In this document: one piece after another, positions 39,779-54,496 of the stretch
Position numbering within the stretch: position 1 is the stretch's first letter
Layout of the letters: every line of letters starts with the position of its first letter
Assembly (NCBI RefSeq): GCF_006345805.1
Contig: NC_042999.1
Coordinates: 138,756,001 to 138,820,000 of the forward strand
DNA: 64,000 nucleotides
Reading direction: 5' to 3'
Source: Octopus sinensis
Lineage: Eukaryota
Program-made: the position numbers and the translations under genes
Notes under the pieces: model-generated
The model's input: the letters and a program-made list of their open reading frames with translations, nothing else
Told to the model about the DNA's origin: nothing
Database searches by the model: none

Positions 39779-40226
39779 TTGCAAATTTGCATACTGTAGA
39801 GCTAGAGATACTACATCTGTAGAAAAAATAATAAAGAGAAAGCATGACTGGAATCCTTTTGACCATGTCTAAACAGCTAAAACATTCCTATAATACACCC
39901 GTATTTTTTGGTTTCTAATTTCTATTTGGAATTCAACAATAACGCTATGTTCAGTATACTTAGAATGACTCATTTATGGATGGTTTGTAAAACATAAGAA
40001 ATGTGTATTTGTCCTTATCAACTGGAACGTTTCAATAAAGTAAAATTTAGGTAAATAAAAAAAATATCTGTTTTATTGAAGTTGTCAGCCGTCGTTAAGT
40101 TTTAAATTAGGACGTTGACCAATAATCTCGTAGTATTAGTAGCATAGTTCATAAGTTCAGCATTGAAGTGATACATGGATTGTCCCGACCCGCTGTTGGT
40201 TTACACATGAAAACATACATACACAA

Positions 40227-40321
<95 letters not shown>

Positions 40322-40430
40322 AACACATTCCTGGACTGGACTGCCATGTTAGCTTGGCGATAACTATTAATGTCCAGTACCGCTGTCGTAGTCTCCTTTA
40401 GGGAGATTTAGAAGTATTAATATATATAAA

Positions 40431-40658
40431 GGCGGCGAACTGGCAGAAACGTTAGCACGCCGGGCGAAATGCGTAGCCGTATTTCGTCTGCCGTTACGTT
40501 CTGAGTTCAAATTCCGCCGAGGTCGACTTTGCCTTTCATCCTTTCGGGGTCGATAAAGTAAGTACCAGTTACGCACTGGGGTCGATGTAATCGACTTAAT
40601 CCATTTGTCTGTCCTTGTTTGTCCCTTCTGTGTTTAGCCCCTTGTGGGTAGTAAAGAA

Positions 40659-40660
<2 letters not shown>
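40431..40660 (+). mobile_element. S1 SINE, tail alpha, young copy in (TA)n
   Basis: Near-consensus S1 sequence. Confidence 0.9.
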
Positions 40661-40740
<80 letters not shown>

Positions 40741-40952
40741 CACGAGCAGATATGTACATGCATATCATGAAAATAGCAAAGATTTGACTGGAGGGGACGT
40801 TTCTCAAGAATTACGCTGGACCCACCATTAGCCATCTAATTTGCGAAAAACACAAAATTAAAATAAAGGCAAAATTATATTTACTTGGAATTGCGGGTGG
40901 AGAGATTCGTCCGAATCACTTAACACCTACCTTCAGCTACAGAGGAACAAAT

Positions 40953-41002
<50 letters not shown>

Positions 41003-41006
<4 letters not shown>

Positions 41007-41250
41007 CAACGAGCTCAAGATGGTTGGGCGTAGGTCTGGAAGCAGTGGGTGACGAGAACTTTACGGTGTCTCGCATTTTTAGCATTATACAGCGTTTGCC
41101 GAAACCGACATTTTGGTCGTTGTTCATCTCCGCTAAACCTGCAAGAATCAACTTCTACATGCTTCTGTACATAGATAAACCCTAACTAACCGATAATTTG
41201 AGAATTGATGGTTTCTCTCATCGAGTTTGTCTGTTGAAACTATTATCAAC

Positions 41251-41290
<40 letters not shown>

Positions 41291-41686
41291 ATGTTCCAGA
41301 AGGAGTACATTACCACTAGGAGATGCACTTGTTTTTTTTTGTTGTGGTCCTTCGGGAACAAGTCGTCTACATTTGATCTTTATCTGGCACCCAACTTTTG
41401 CCTCTGAGATGCTGAGGCGTGTGCAGCAACCACAGCTGTTGATAATAGTTTCAACAGACAAACTCGATGAGAGAAACCATCAATTCTCAAATTATCGGTT
41501 AGTTAGGGTTTATCCATGTACAGAAGCATGTAGAAGTTGATTCTTGCAGGTTTAGCGGAGATGAACAACGATCAAAATGTCGGTTTCGGCAAAACGTTAT
41601 ATAATGCTAAAAATGCGAGACACCGTAAAGTTCTCGTCACCCACTGCTTCCGGACCTACGCTCTATCATCTTGAACTCGCTGTGAG
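41003..41686. repeat. 250-bp inverted duplication (arms 41003-41252 and 41436-41686)
   Basis: Arms are highly similar reverse complements. The left arm is bracketed by (CTA)n and (GTA)n. Confidence 0.9.
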
Positions 41687-43782
41687 ACTGACATTACACA
41701 ATCTTTCTTCACCGTAATTCCCTTCCAACACAAGTTATGATATCTCAAACTTGCTTCATCCCCAGTTCTCATGTCCTGTTGCGACGAGGAGCGGTGAAGC
41801 AGCGGGTGAAGATGCATCGGAAGCTACAGTCACAAACGTACACGCATGAATTTCAGGCCATAGATAGTTCTCCATGTATGCAGTCACTCAAAAGAGTGGC
41901 TGCATAGACTTTTGCAAGTCATCACTGTTCACTTGCACAAAAGCAAGAGAAAGGCCGTCTAGTTATCGTCTTACGGCTGTTTAACCAAGAGAGAAGTTCG
42001 ACCAGCATGTATCATAACAACAAGCTAAAAAGCAAACAAAATATTGCATTTTGAAAATAATTTTGAAAACTCTGAAAATAATGCGGGCTTCCTTGTGGAC
42101 AGTCTAAAATTAAAGGAAGTGAAAAGCAAGGACAGAAACTACATTGAAAAAGAGCGCCAGTTAGTTATATGTTAAAAAACATATCAGATTACTTTTTCGC
42201 CTCTGGTCATAGAAAAAAGCTCTGATGGTTACCAGAGTAACAGAAAGAGACAGTAAATGGAAGGATTAGTAAGGATGAGGAAAATGTAGATGGGGATAGA
42301 GAAAGAGAGAGAAAGGGTGAGAGAAAAGGAGAGCGAGAGAGAAAGAAAGAGAGGGAGATAGAAAGAAAGAGAAAGATGGAGAAAGAGAGAGAGGGAGAAA
42401 AGAGAAAGAGAGAGAGAGAGTATGTAGTAAAGAATTCATTTGCCACAAACTGGAATGAGTAAGTAGAGTTTTTGTGTTCATGATGCTACCCCTTTCATGT
42501 TTTACTGTCACAATCTTGTAACTTTCTTGAATTATTCTCCTACGCATACAAATACACGGACACACATACACACAAACATACAATCACTCAAATATACACA
42601 CATGCACGATCTTTCGTGCAGGCGCAAACAGATACAAATCTACTGGTAGCATCAAATTATACGCTTCACTAGAGCTTCAATAGTCCTATTTTGCTTCAAG
42701 AGGTAGAAATTGGTGCAATGAAGCAGACAGACAAGTGAGATTATCTTGGAAGGATCCATGCCTCGTCGTATATTCCTGATACTTATGTGAATATCAAACT
42801 TTCATCTCTTTTCATGTAACTAGAACATTCATAAACTAGAACATAAAACGCCTATATGGTTTGAGGGTACTAATGAACAGCCTAATCTGATATTTCTCTT
42901 TCTCCCTCAATATATATATATAAATGTGTGTAAATATATTTACTTTGTACAAGAATGATCTACCGCACTAAATGAATTAATTCACTGTACATAAGACTAT
43001 ATATTAGCTTTACACTACATTTTCTTATACATAGCAGCCAACGAGTAAGTATTCAGCGTCGCTTGAGTTCGTAAATAATTTTAATTCCTCTTCCCTTTAC
43101 CTTTAGGAATTAATTTCTTGAATCTGAGTCTCTTATGATTATAGAAAAATCCGCGTAAGGTTTCAGAATACATTTCAAGTGAAATATAACTTAAAGGCTC
43201 TGATTATAATGTTTCTGTTATGTTAGAGATAGTATGCGCAATTATTCCTACCTCCTACATGCAGTAACCTGGAATTAAGACTTACAGTTTCCTTTGGTGA
43301 TGTATAAAGCTCTTCTGGTCGATTATGTGTGAATATGTACTAGCAGTTGGAAAGATGCGGTGCGTTTGATGTTTCTTTGTCCCGGCATTTTCTTAAGGCG
43401 CTTTGCTCCAATTATTATTATTTTTGCAACCAGAGTGTATCTAGAACATTATTCTATGTTCTTTATTCAAGATGGTACAGAGTTGAAGGAGATGTGGTTG
43501 TTATTTGTACCTGATCGAGCGATTATTTAGATGTTCCCTCGAGCGACTACTTTGATGCTCGTGTGATATAAGCGCATGCGATATCCCTTTATCGTTCGCA
43601 TTTTTCTGTCAGAAGTAATGCTTGTTTATTCTCATTGTTTTGTATTAATCATGCATTGTCATGTAGCTTTGGATTTTTGAAGAGCTAACTGATAATTTTT
43701 AGAATGATATTGTAGAGTTAGTGAGAGAAGCCAGAACAAGTAGAATATTTTGGCCGGATATGGCCGGTTTAAATGCTAAAGG

Positions 43783-43965
43783 ATTTCGTCTGCCTTTACG
43801 TTCTGAGTTCAAATTCCGCCGATGTCGACTTTGCCTTTCATCCTTTCGGGGGTCGATAAATTAAGTACCAGTTACGCACTGGGGTCGATATAATCGACTT
43901 AATCCTTTTGTCTGTCCTTGTTTGTCCCCTCTATGTTTAGCCCCTTTGTGGGCAATAAAGAAATA
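43783..43965 (+). mobile_element. Headless S1 SINE, tail alpha
   Basis: Core and tail match S1. Confidence 0.8.
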
Positions 43966-44929
43966 AGAATATAGAATACAGTTAGAGCCGGGAGCCTTTC
44001 ATGTTGCCACAGTATATCAGTAGGGTGTAAACGATGGTATTCTTTCTTCTTGCTCATCCTCCTATTCACTCTGATAATACAGAAATCGTGTTTTGAAAGC
44101 GTTGAGCTTTTGAAAATCTTGCTGTAATGAAAATCTTCGATAACACAGAATATATTTTCTCAGTTGACACTGACGTACATATACACAAACAAACGCACAC
44201 ACACTCGCACGCATATACACACACGCACACATACACACACACGCACACACAGAGGAACTGAAAATAATGTTAAGGCAAAATATAGAAATAAATAAAATAG
44301 TTAACAGAAGAGCGAAGAACAAAATCCAAATCATCTGTAGGTTTCTGCTGCTATAGAAACTACTGTTTTGCTGATCCTAAGCGCAGTTAGAGAAGCGCTC
44401 AAGGTACCAATTACTTTCTACTAAACCAAGCGCAAAGTATAAAAAACATCCGAAGAATCCCAGAATGCATAACTTTACAGCAGTAAACAGGAGAATCACC
44501 AAAGGCAGACAGACAACATCTCTGATTCCCTCTTTAACTTCTTTCTGTCAACACATCTGTTAAGGAACATCTCTTCCTTGAAGACAGAGGCTCATCTGAT
44601 CCGACAATAGAATTAATCTACAAATATTATGTTGTACCACCGAACTCCTAGAAATAGCTGTTTGATTTGTAATGCTTTTTTCCAACCCCTTTAATTCTTG
44701 ATGTCGTTTCTATTCTGTGTAACTCGGACCTTTTTGTATGTAAACATACATACATTTTTTTTTGTATTTCATGTCAATAATATACGTTGTATATTGACGT
44801 CTCTAACTTGCTTATCCTTATATGTTGGTAATTAAGGGTAACTCAACGCTCCCCACAAGTCTAAGATTGCAAACTGGAGTCTCACTTCCGAATACAGCTT
44901 AATGTCAAACAAATATGATTGTATTTATG

Positions 44930-45155
<226 letters not shown>

Positions 45156-45783
45156 ACACAAATATACCCATACTTTTCTATAAATCATCTCTCATATATA
45201 CATATGCATGTAAAAATGTATCTATTGCGTCCCCAGGTCCTTACACTCATACACAGACAAACACATGTTGAGCTATCTTTAGAAGCTATTTACAGATTCT
45301 ATTCACCGATACCTTTTCTTACCATGCTTGCTTCCTCAGAAACACAACCCAGTTGTCTGCATCAAATAATCTCCCCACATCTGTCTGCTTCTATATGGGC
45401 TATTTTTATGCACGGTCTCTTATAATTACATAGATTAATATGAAAGCATTTACAAATGGCGACTCCATCAGCGATATCAACTCCTAACAGAGCGAAGACA
45501 TTTCTATACAAATTATATTAACTGTCTGCTTATCTAGTCAATTTGTTGCTATTTAGGAAGCCTGTGATGAAAAGTGCTCCAGCCTTGACGTTTCCATAAA
45601 TGTATCTAGGACTACATTACCCAGCCTATCCTTCCTGTAATTTGAACCACCTACGCTAATTAATGTTTAAGCATACCACCTTGCTAGCAAATTATCGTAA
45701 ACATTTGTATGTCAAAATTGAATTTTTATACTTCTTAAGAATGGTACCGATTCTGTGATTATTTCTTTTACGTACAGGTGGTT

Positions 45784-45824
<41 letters not shown>

Positions 45825-46564
45825 TGTGTGTGTGTATGTGTGTGCGTATGCGTATGTGTGTGTAAGTAGATATATTATACACACATGTTGTATAATTTAT
45901 GTCGTGTCTATTTCTTTTTCTTCCACTTTTGCTTTTATTTTTTGCTTTTCGTTGATAAAGATTATAATTAAGGTTATATCTTCTTTTATTCTTTTCCTTT
46001 CGTGTATTTATTTTCGTTGTACGTATTCTCTGAACGTTAGTGTTTCGTTCTAAATTTCTACTCTTTTTTTTTTTGTCACAAAGGTATTTTACTTGTCTAA
46101 CTTCATATATTGATCATTAACGTTGCTATTATGTTAAACTGTCGTATGTCCAGATTTGGCCAAATGCGTTTTTTCAATATTTATTTTTGCTCGCAATAGC
46201 CGGTTCTTTTGGTCAAACTATCGTATCTCCAGCTCCTTCAGATGCCAAGATATCAAAAATTGTCAAAGTGTAGTACAACAGTTTTGTTATGGAATGATGA
46301 AACTGTTTTTTCGTTTTCTGAAAAAGCAAGGTTTTGAACTTACGACACTTTTGCATAATAGCAAAGATTTGTTTGTCTTCTCCTTGTCTCAAATATTTCT
46401 CGCTTTACTTGTGTACTTTTGTTTATGTTTATACACTCATACACATACATATACACATACATATACATACATACAAACATACATACATACATACATGCAT
46501 ACATACATGCATACATACATACATACATACATACATACATGCATGCATACATGCATACATACAT

Positions 46565-46860
46565 GCACACATATATATATTTAATATACATATACATACA
46601 TATACATACATATACATATATATATTTAATATACATATACATACATATACATACATATACATATATATATTTAATATACATATACATACATATACATACA
46701 TATACATATATATATTTAATATACATATACATACATATACATACATATACATATATATATTTAATATACATATACATACATATATATATTTAATATACAT
46801 ATACATACATATACATACACATGCATACATACATGCACACATATATATATTTAATATAGA
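46565..46860. repeat. 45-bp minisatellite built from TA/TACA units, about 5-6 copies
   Basis: TTAATATACA recurs at 46581, 46626, 46671, 46716 and 46761. Confidence 0.85.
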
Positions 46861-47929
46861 CAGTAGTGTGCAATATTTTACCAAAAAGAAAAACTATAAT
46901 TGTCACTAAATATGACTAGGGTGTTAGGAACACCTACCTTGCTAGAAATAAGAGCTAAAATACTCTAATACTGAGTTCAAAGCACAGAATTGTATACATA
47001 TATATACTGAGAGAGAAAGCTTATTGATTGGAGATAACTGGACAGTTGTTAAGTAGTATTCATGTTCGAATATGTATCATCAGTACGACAATTGTCCTAC
47101 CTTATCTCCATTACCCAAGGGACTTAGACATGTATAAAAAAACCCCTTCTTTTTTATGTCTAAGTCACATTATACATATATATATTCTTTGTATTTCTCG
47201 TATTTAATATACTTTATATATTGATCTGTCTAAGTTGCTTATCCTTACATTTACTTCTATACCCGCTCAAGTTTAAATCTCTTGAGCACTACTAAGTGTA
47301 TTCTATACGAAGAAAATGTGGATCTCATCTATGAACAGCTATGTGTACAGCTAGATGTACGACTGCTACTGGTGAATTTAGACATCTACCCAGAGTATAA
47401 GGATCCAATCAACGTCCAGTAAAGTGATATGGTCACAACTGTATTTAATAGTGTTACCGCTTATGATATACAGAGCAAATATAAGAAAAAGTATGAGAAA
47501 TACAAGATGTGCTATATGCCATTTGCTCCTACGTTTCGCCATTGTGGATATTTGCATCCTGTGCAGTAGCTGTTCATATTGCCATTGGATGCAAATGCAC
47601 AATGGTCCTTCAGAAGAACATTTTATAATAGTCTATTTACTCAGATCAAATACTTCATTTGATTATTTGTGTATGGCACAAGAGAGCAAGTTTCTGGTTG
47701 CTCAATTAAAACTGTGCCGATAGTTATTAAGAAAAGAAAGAGTCAAACTGAAGAAGAGGATTATTTAAGATTGTCTCCGCTGCTTTTGTGACACTGAAGG
47801 TGAAAGCCACGGGTCACTGTTTATGAATCAGAGAATAGAAAAGGCACACACACACACACACACACACACCACACACACACAACACACACACACACACACA
47901 CAACACACACACACCACACACACACACAC

Positions 47930-47961
<32 letters not shown>

Positions 47962-47992
47962 TCCATGCGGCCAGCAAGCAATACACGAATGT

Positions 47993-48032
<40 letters not shown>

Positions 48033-48109
48033 ATGAGAGAGAGAAAGAGAGACAGAGAGAAACTGAGAAAAAGAAAGAGAGAGAGAGAAAGAAATAAACA
48101 TTGGGGTGG

Positions 48110-48590
48110 GGAAGAGAGTGGAGCTTTGGATGGATTTGAGCTGGTTTAGAACACTGTCTGAAGATGTCATAAGAGACACTTTCTGGACCATTTGCTTTAC
48201 TTGACTAGAACGATCGGAAAAGCTTTCGTACTTGTCGACTGTGTTGGGCTATAAACAAAGTGTAAAATGAGAGTTTGAAAGGAGTTCATTTTGTGTGTGT
48301 AGTGTAGAGGTGGTAGCAAAGCTAGTAGAAAAAGGTCTTTTGTTTCAGTAAAAGTACTATTTACAGAGCCATCTTGTCGGAGGGGAAGGAAAGATGAGTA
48401 GGAGTCTGTAGGAACTGCTTGTGCTTAAAAAAATATTCGGACAATAGCAGATCTAGGTGCGCAAAGGGGAATGGAGGAATGACAAGGGATACTTTGATCA
48501 AGAATAACTAAGTGCTTGCTGATGCCCTGGCGAGAGGCGGCGTGAGTGTAAGACTGATGATTTATGTAAGTGAAGACATTACCGTTCAGT
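48110..48590 (-). pseudogene. Decayed CR1/Zenon-like LINE fragment (region upstream of RT)
   Basis: Minus-strand pieces DGSVNSTFTETKDLF and SSKANGPESVSYDIFRQCS resemble the KA.GPDGI region of CR1-group RTs. Many disruptions. Confidence 0.5.
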
Positions 48591-49325
48591 GTGGTGTCAA
48601 CGTTCTCAACCCCGCATCATAAAATGTATAGTCATATAATCTATTGACTTTGAGCGTGAATAAAACCACACATTTTGCATCCCGCTTCAGTGGGATTTAT
48701 ATAGAACATCAAAAGATATACCTAGATACTGCAACGTATTTGTTTAAGAAATGCTTTTATTAAATGCAGTAAAACCAAATATATAAATATTTGGTAACAC
48801 ATTTCCTTCTCTCCTTCTCTGTATCTCTCTTTGTATCTATAGCAATTTATTTCTCTCTTGTTATTTTTTTACCTTCCTTATCTGTAAGAGATACGCTGAT
48901 TCTATATGAATTCTGAGATATACTTTTAGATAAGAAAAAGAAGATATCTGAAGCAAAATGCTAAATGGAAAATGTGAAAGTAATGGTAAAATTAACATAA
49001 TTAAGTTCGAAATTATTTAATTATAGTTATCTCAAATATATCTGTTATTACAATAAGAATTATGCGTATTAAGTTTTCCTGAAGAAACATTATACGCATA
49101 TATATTTAAATTACAAAAATCTGTCATTACCTATTTTTATTTTGGTTTATTAATCATAACTGTAACAAAATTATGAGTAACACGTTTAAACATTAATATA
49201 GATTAACACCTTCAATTGGTAAACTACCAGGTTACATAAATACATACATACATACATACAAGCATACATACATACATACATACATAAATACATAAATACA
49301 CACATACACACATACATACATACAC

Positions 49326-49396
<71 letters not shown>

Positions 49397-49434
49397 TGAT
49401 CAAAATAAAATAAAAACATGATGCGAAGGATTCA

Positions 49435-49512
49435 GCGGTACATATGTTTCGGGCCTTTATTAGACAGATTTATAACAATGCATAATGTATGTCTGTGGCC
49501 TTCTTCAGCCGC
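49435..49512 (-). ncRNA. Type I hammerhead ribozyme motif (left arm of the PLE)
   Basis: Inverted copy of 53855-53932. Confidence 0.75.
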
Positions 49513-51556
49513 GCACAACAGCTTCCACAAGGACATGTGTTACATCAAAAATTCTTGGTTGGGGATGCGAATCCTCTCATTCGCGTACGACATAATGCGG
49601 CAGCAGCATAGAATTGAAGCGTCCATCTCCTTCTTCTCTCAATGTAGAAGGAGGAAAACTGGATGTTGAGGTAATGTAAATAAATAAATACATATATAGA
49701 CGTGAAGATGGAGGGGCGAGAATTCGGGACCAGGGATAACAAATGTATAAAAGGTGTAAGTATAGAAAAATATAAAAATGTAGAGCATAAAGATATAGAG
49801 TTATAAGGAGATGTAAAGGGGGTATAAAGGATATAAAGAAATATAAAGAAATATAAGTAAATGTAAAGGCATAAGGTTATAAAGTAAAAATAGAAATAGA
49901 AATAAGAGTAAAAAAACATGATAAAAACATGATAAAAATGTAAAAGAATGTAAAGATAAGGGATGTATAGAGGTTACGGACCAAGCATGGTGGTCAGGAG
50001 ATTGATAAAATTTAGTTGTAGAATTGTCAGTAAATCAACAGTTTCGTCTGGGGACCTAATGTGTTGTAAATCAGAGTTGATGAGCATTTAATCTGGTTTC
50101 TTGAATTAAATGGACTTCTAGTACATACATATCATCATGGATACATACACCCACATACACGCGTACATATACGCCTCCAAGCCTATAAGCATACACACGC
50201 ACTCGCGTGTAAACATGTACATAAACACACACGCACCCACACGCACGCGCGTACACACACATACATACAACAGAATATCCGCATGCATACACGGACACTA
50301 TACGCGTACACACTCACATGTACATACGCGCCCATCCCTACATACACACACGTATATGCCCACGCCTCTAGGTCTAGATATAAGATATTAAAGGATGTAT
50401 ATAAGAACGTATGTAAACAGTCACGTACTCATGTCTATACGTGCACGCACACACGGCTGTGTGTCCGTATGCGCGTGCACATATACACTCACATACACAG
50501 AGACACACGCGCACATGGGTATAGCTATAAGATATCGAAATATGCATGTACATATATGCGCGTGCATATGTATGTATGCGTATACACACGTACGCGGACG
50601 CTCGTATAGTCAAAAAGTGGATCTATAGGTAAGTAAATAAACATATATAGAGGTATAAAGCGATAAGTTAGGGGTAAGAATGTGGGTAAGGGTAAAAATT
50701 AGAAATAAAAAATACAGTATAAAAAATAAGAAATACAATGTAATAGTTACAAATGAAATATAAGAATTATAAAAATTATAAGAGTTAAGGTAAGGGATGA
50801 AAATAAAAATGAGAATAAATGGAAGTAGAATAAAAGTAAAAATAAAAATAAATGGAAGTAGGATAAAAGTAAAAATAAAAGTAAAAATAAAAATAAAAAT
50901 AAAATAAGATAAAAATATAATTTGGTAAAATTTAACATGAGATGAAGGTGGTTGAAAGTTAGAGGTGTGTGTTAAACGTAGGGGCGGGCGGGGGGAACTG
51001 AAAATTGGAAGGGTGGGAAGTGGAGTTTGGCGGTGTGCGTTCAACATCCGAGTTAGAAATGTGAAAGGGTATAGATATAGGGAATTAAAGAGACTATATA
51101 GGGAGGATATGGGTGTAGGAGAAGAAATATTTAGGGAAAAGAAGTCATATATGGGAGACAAAATTTGTATATATAGGAGGAAAATGCAGGGAACCGTATA
51201 TGCACATACACACACCCACACACACACACACACACGCACATGTATATATATATATATATATATATGTACACACACGTACACGTATGTGCACATACACATA
51301 CATACACACACACATACGCATATACACGCACATATAGGAAAACGGGAAGTGCTGGAGCCGATAGGTTGCACCGGGTGGGAGGAAATTGCATGGGGGAGTT
51401 GGTATAAGACCTAAGCTTTGTAGTATTTGAAAGTATTAATAAGTTTGTGTATACAGGATGGTTTGAACTCTGACCTTTTGTTAATAAGATTGTGTTTGTC
51501 TTTGAATTTCAAGATGTTCAGGAGTTCTACACAACATAGTTGGCATCCTGCTCTAG

Positions 51557-51958
51557 TGCCCGCTGCAGGGCGCATGTAGGGCGAAAAACGTAATATATTC
51601 ATGTGAGGTGAGTACTCAGTTTAACACACTCACCTATATTGGTTGCTCAACCTCCTGGAAATCCAGATACTACAACCACCGGTCCTCGCTGAGACACAGA
51701 CATAAGGCTAACAGCACCTCCCTCTCTAAAAGAATTTGGGAATTAAAAGACAAATGCATAGGCTTCAAACTCAGATGGCCCATCATCGGATCAGCTGCAC
51801 CTTATTTAAATAATAGAGCAGGATGCCAACTATGTTGTGTAGAACTCCTGAACATCTTGAAATTCAAAGACAAACACAATCTTATTAACAAAAGGTCAGA
51901 GTTCAAACCATCCTGTATACACAAACTTATTAATACTTTCAAATACTACAAAGCTTAG
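51557..51958 (+). CDS. C-terminal GIY-YIG endonuclease of a Penelope-like element (133 aa, N-terminally truncated)
   Basis: CPLQGACRAKNVIYSCEV...TYIGCSTSWKSRYYNH...STSLSKRIWELK...CQLC...INKRSE...CIH. The frame opens exactly at the inversion junction and has no internal stops. Confidence 0.85.
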   Translation, partial: CPLQGACRAKNVIYSCEVSTQFNTLTYIGCSTSWKSRYYNHRSSLRHRHKANSTSLSKRIWELKDKCIGFKLRWPIIGSAAPYLNNRAGCQLCCVELLNILKFKDKHNLINKRSEFKPSCIHKLINTFKYYKA

Positions 51959-53854
51959 GTCTTATACCAACTCCCCCATGCAATTTCCTCCCACCCGGTG
52001 CAACCTATCGGCTCCAGCACTTCCCGTTTTCCTATATGTGCGTGTATATGCGTATGTGTGTGTGTATGTATGTGTATGTGCACATACGTGTACGTGTGTG
52101 TACATATATAATATATATATATATACATGTGCGTGTGTGTGTGTGTGGGTGTGTGTATGTGCATATACGGTTCCCTGCATTTTCCTCCTATATATACAAA
52201 TTTTGTCTCCCATATATGACTTCTTTTCCCTAAATATTTCTTCTCCTACACCCATATCCTCCCTATATAGTCTCTTTAATTCCCTATATCTATACCCTTT
52301 CACATTTCTAACTCGGATGTTGAACGCACACCGCCAAACTCCACTTCCCACCCTTCCAATTTTCAGTTCCCCCCGCCCGCCCCTACGTTTAACACACACC
52401 TCTAACTTTCAACCACCTTCATCTCATGTTAAATTTTACCAAATTATATTTTTATCTTATTTTATTTTATTTTTATTTTTACTTTTATTTTTACTTTTAT
52501 CCTACTTCCATTTATTTTTATTTTTACTTTTATTCTACTTCCATTTATTCTCATTTTTATTTTCATCCCTTACCTTTTAACTCTTATAATTTTTATAATT
52601 CTTATATTTCATTTGTAACTATTACATTGTATTTCTTATTTTTTATACTGTATTTTTTATTTCTAATTTTTACCCTTACCCACATTCTTACCCCTAACTT
52701 ATCGCTTTATACCTCTATATATGTTTATTTACTTACCTATAGATCCACTTTTTGACTATACGAGCGTCCGCGTACGTGTGTATACGCATACATACATATG
52801 CACGCGCATATATGTACATGCATATTTCGATATCTTATAGCTATACCCATGTGCGCGTGTGTCTCTGTGTATGTGAGTGTATATGTGCACGCGCATACGG
52901 ACACACAGCCGTGTGTGCGTGCACGTATAGACATGAGTACGTGACTGTTTACATACGTTCTTATATACATCCTTTAATATCTTATATCTAGACCTAGAGG
53001 CGTGGGCATATACGTGTGTGTATGTAGGGATGGGCGCGTATGTACATGTGAGTGTGTACGCGTATAGTGTCCGTGTATGCATGCGGATATTCTGTTGTAT
53101 GTATGTGTGTGTACGCGCGTGCGTGTGGGTGCGTGTGTGTTTATGTACATGTTTACACGCGAGTGCGTGTGTATGCTTATAGGCTTGGAGGCGTATATGT
53201 ACGCGTGTATGTGGGTGTATGTATCCATGATGATATGTATGTACTAGAAGTCCATTTAATTCAAGAAACCAGATTAAATGCTCATCAACTCTGATTTACA
53301 ACACATTAGGTCCCCAGACGAAACTGTTGATTTACTGACAATTCTACAACTAAATTTTATCAATCTCCTGACCACCATGCTTGGTCCGTAACCTCTATAC
53401 ATCCCTTATCTTTACATTCTTTTACATTTTTATCATGTTTTTATCATGTTTTTTTACTCTTATTTCTATTTCTATTTTTACTTTATAACCTTATGCCTTT
53501 ACATTTACTTATATTTCTTTATATTTCTTTATATCCTTTATACCCCCTTTACATCTCCTTATAACTCTTTATATCTTTATGCTCTACATTTTTATATTTT
53601 TCTATACTTACACCTTTTATACATTTGTTATCCCTGGTCCCGAATTCTCGCCCCTCCATCTTCACGTCTATATATGTATTTATTTATTTACATTACCTCA
53701 ACATCCAGTTTTCCTCCTTCTACATTGAGAGAAGAAGGAGATGGACGCTTCAATTCTATGCTGCTGCCGCATTATGTCGTACGCGAATGAGAGGATTCGC
53801 ATCCCCAACCAAGAATTTTTGATGTAACACATGTCCTTGTGGAAGCTGTTGTGC

Positions 53855-53932
53855 GCGGCTGAAGAAGGCCACAGACATACATTATGCATTGTTATAAATC
53901 TGTCTAATAAAGGCCCGAAACATATGTACCGC
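53855..53932 (+). ncRNA. Type I hammerhead ribozyme motif (PLE 3' end)
   Basis: GCGG-CTGAAGA-A-GGCC...GGCC-C-GAAAC ATAT GTA^CCGC. Stem I GCGG/CCGC, palindromic stem III ACAUAUGU, predicted cleavage after 53928. Confidence 0.75.
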
Positions 53933-54039
53933 TGAATCCTTCGCATCATGTTTTTATTTTATTTTGATCAATTTACTCCACCACCTACACCACCAAACGG
54001 TATACACAGGTGCTTATAATTATCAAGTACTCACCCCGA

Positions 54040-54093
<54 letters not shown>

Positions 54094-54125
54094 ATATGTA
54101 TATATATATATATTATATATATATA

Positions 54126-54192
<67 letters not shown>

Positions 54193-54203
54193 AAGAGAGA
54201 AAG

Positions 54204-54264
<61 letters not shown>

Positions 54265-54496
54265 TAGATATATACATGCGTTGACGAATGTGAAAGAGTG
54301 TATGTAACATATATATTTTATAATTCCGCTTTGCCATAGCAAAACCAATAACCAGTCGTTAGAACACATGATACTTATAATGCACAATACTACTAGGCTC
54401 TGGCAGCGAGGTAGTGTGAATTTACTGATATCCTTTGCTCCGGAATCATATGTAAGCCAGATGATCAGTACAGAGCATAATATTAATTATAAATAA

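Larger units (their letters stand above)
49395..53972 (+). mobile_element. 5'-truncated Penelope-like element with a 2.16-kb inverted copy of its 3' end
   Basis: Arms 49395-51555 and 51814-53972 are near-identical inverted copies around a 258-bp spacer. GIY-YIG ORF and terminal hammerheads. Confidence 0.9.

Noticed and set aside
43585-43783. piggyBac-like MITE remnant
   Set aside because: One end is degenerate and the other is cut by a SINE. No TTAA duplication is visible.
47424-47723. Cys-rich ORF (RCAICH...CILCSSCSYCH)
   Set aside because: The spacing fits no zinc-finger family I can recognise, and there is no supporting context.
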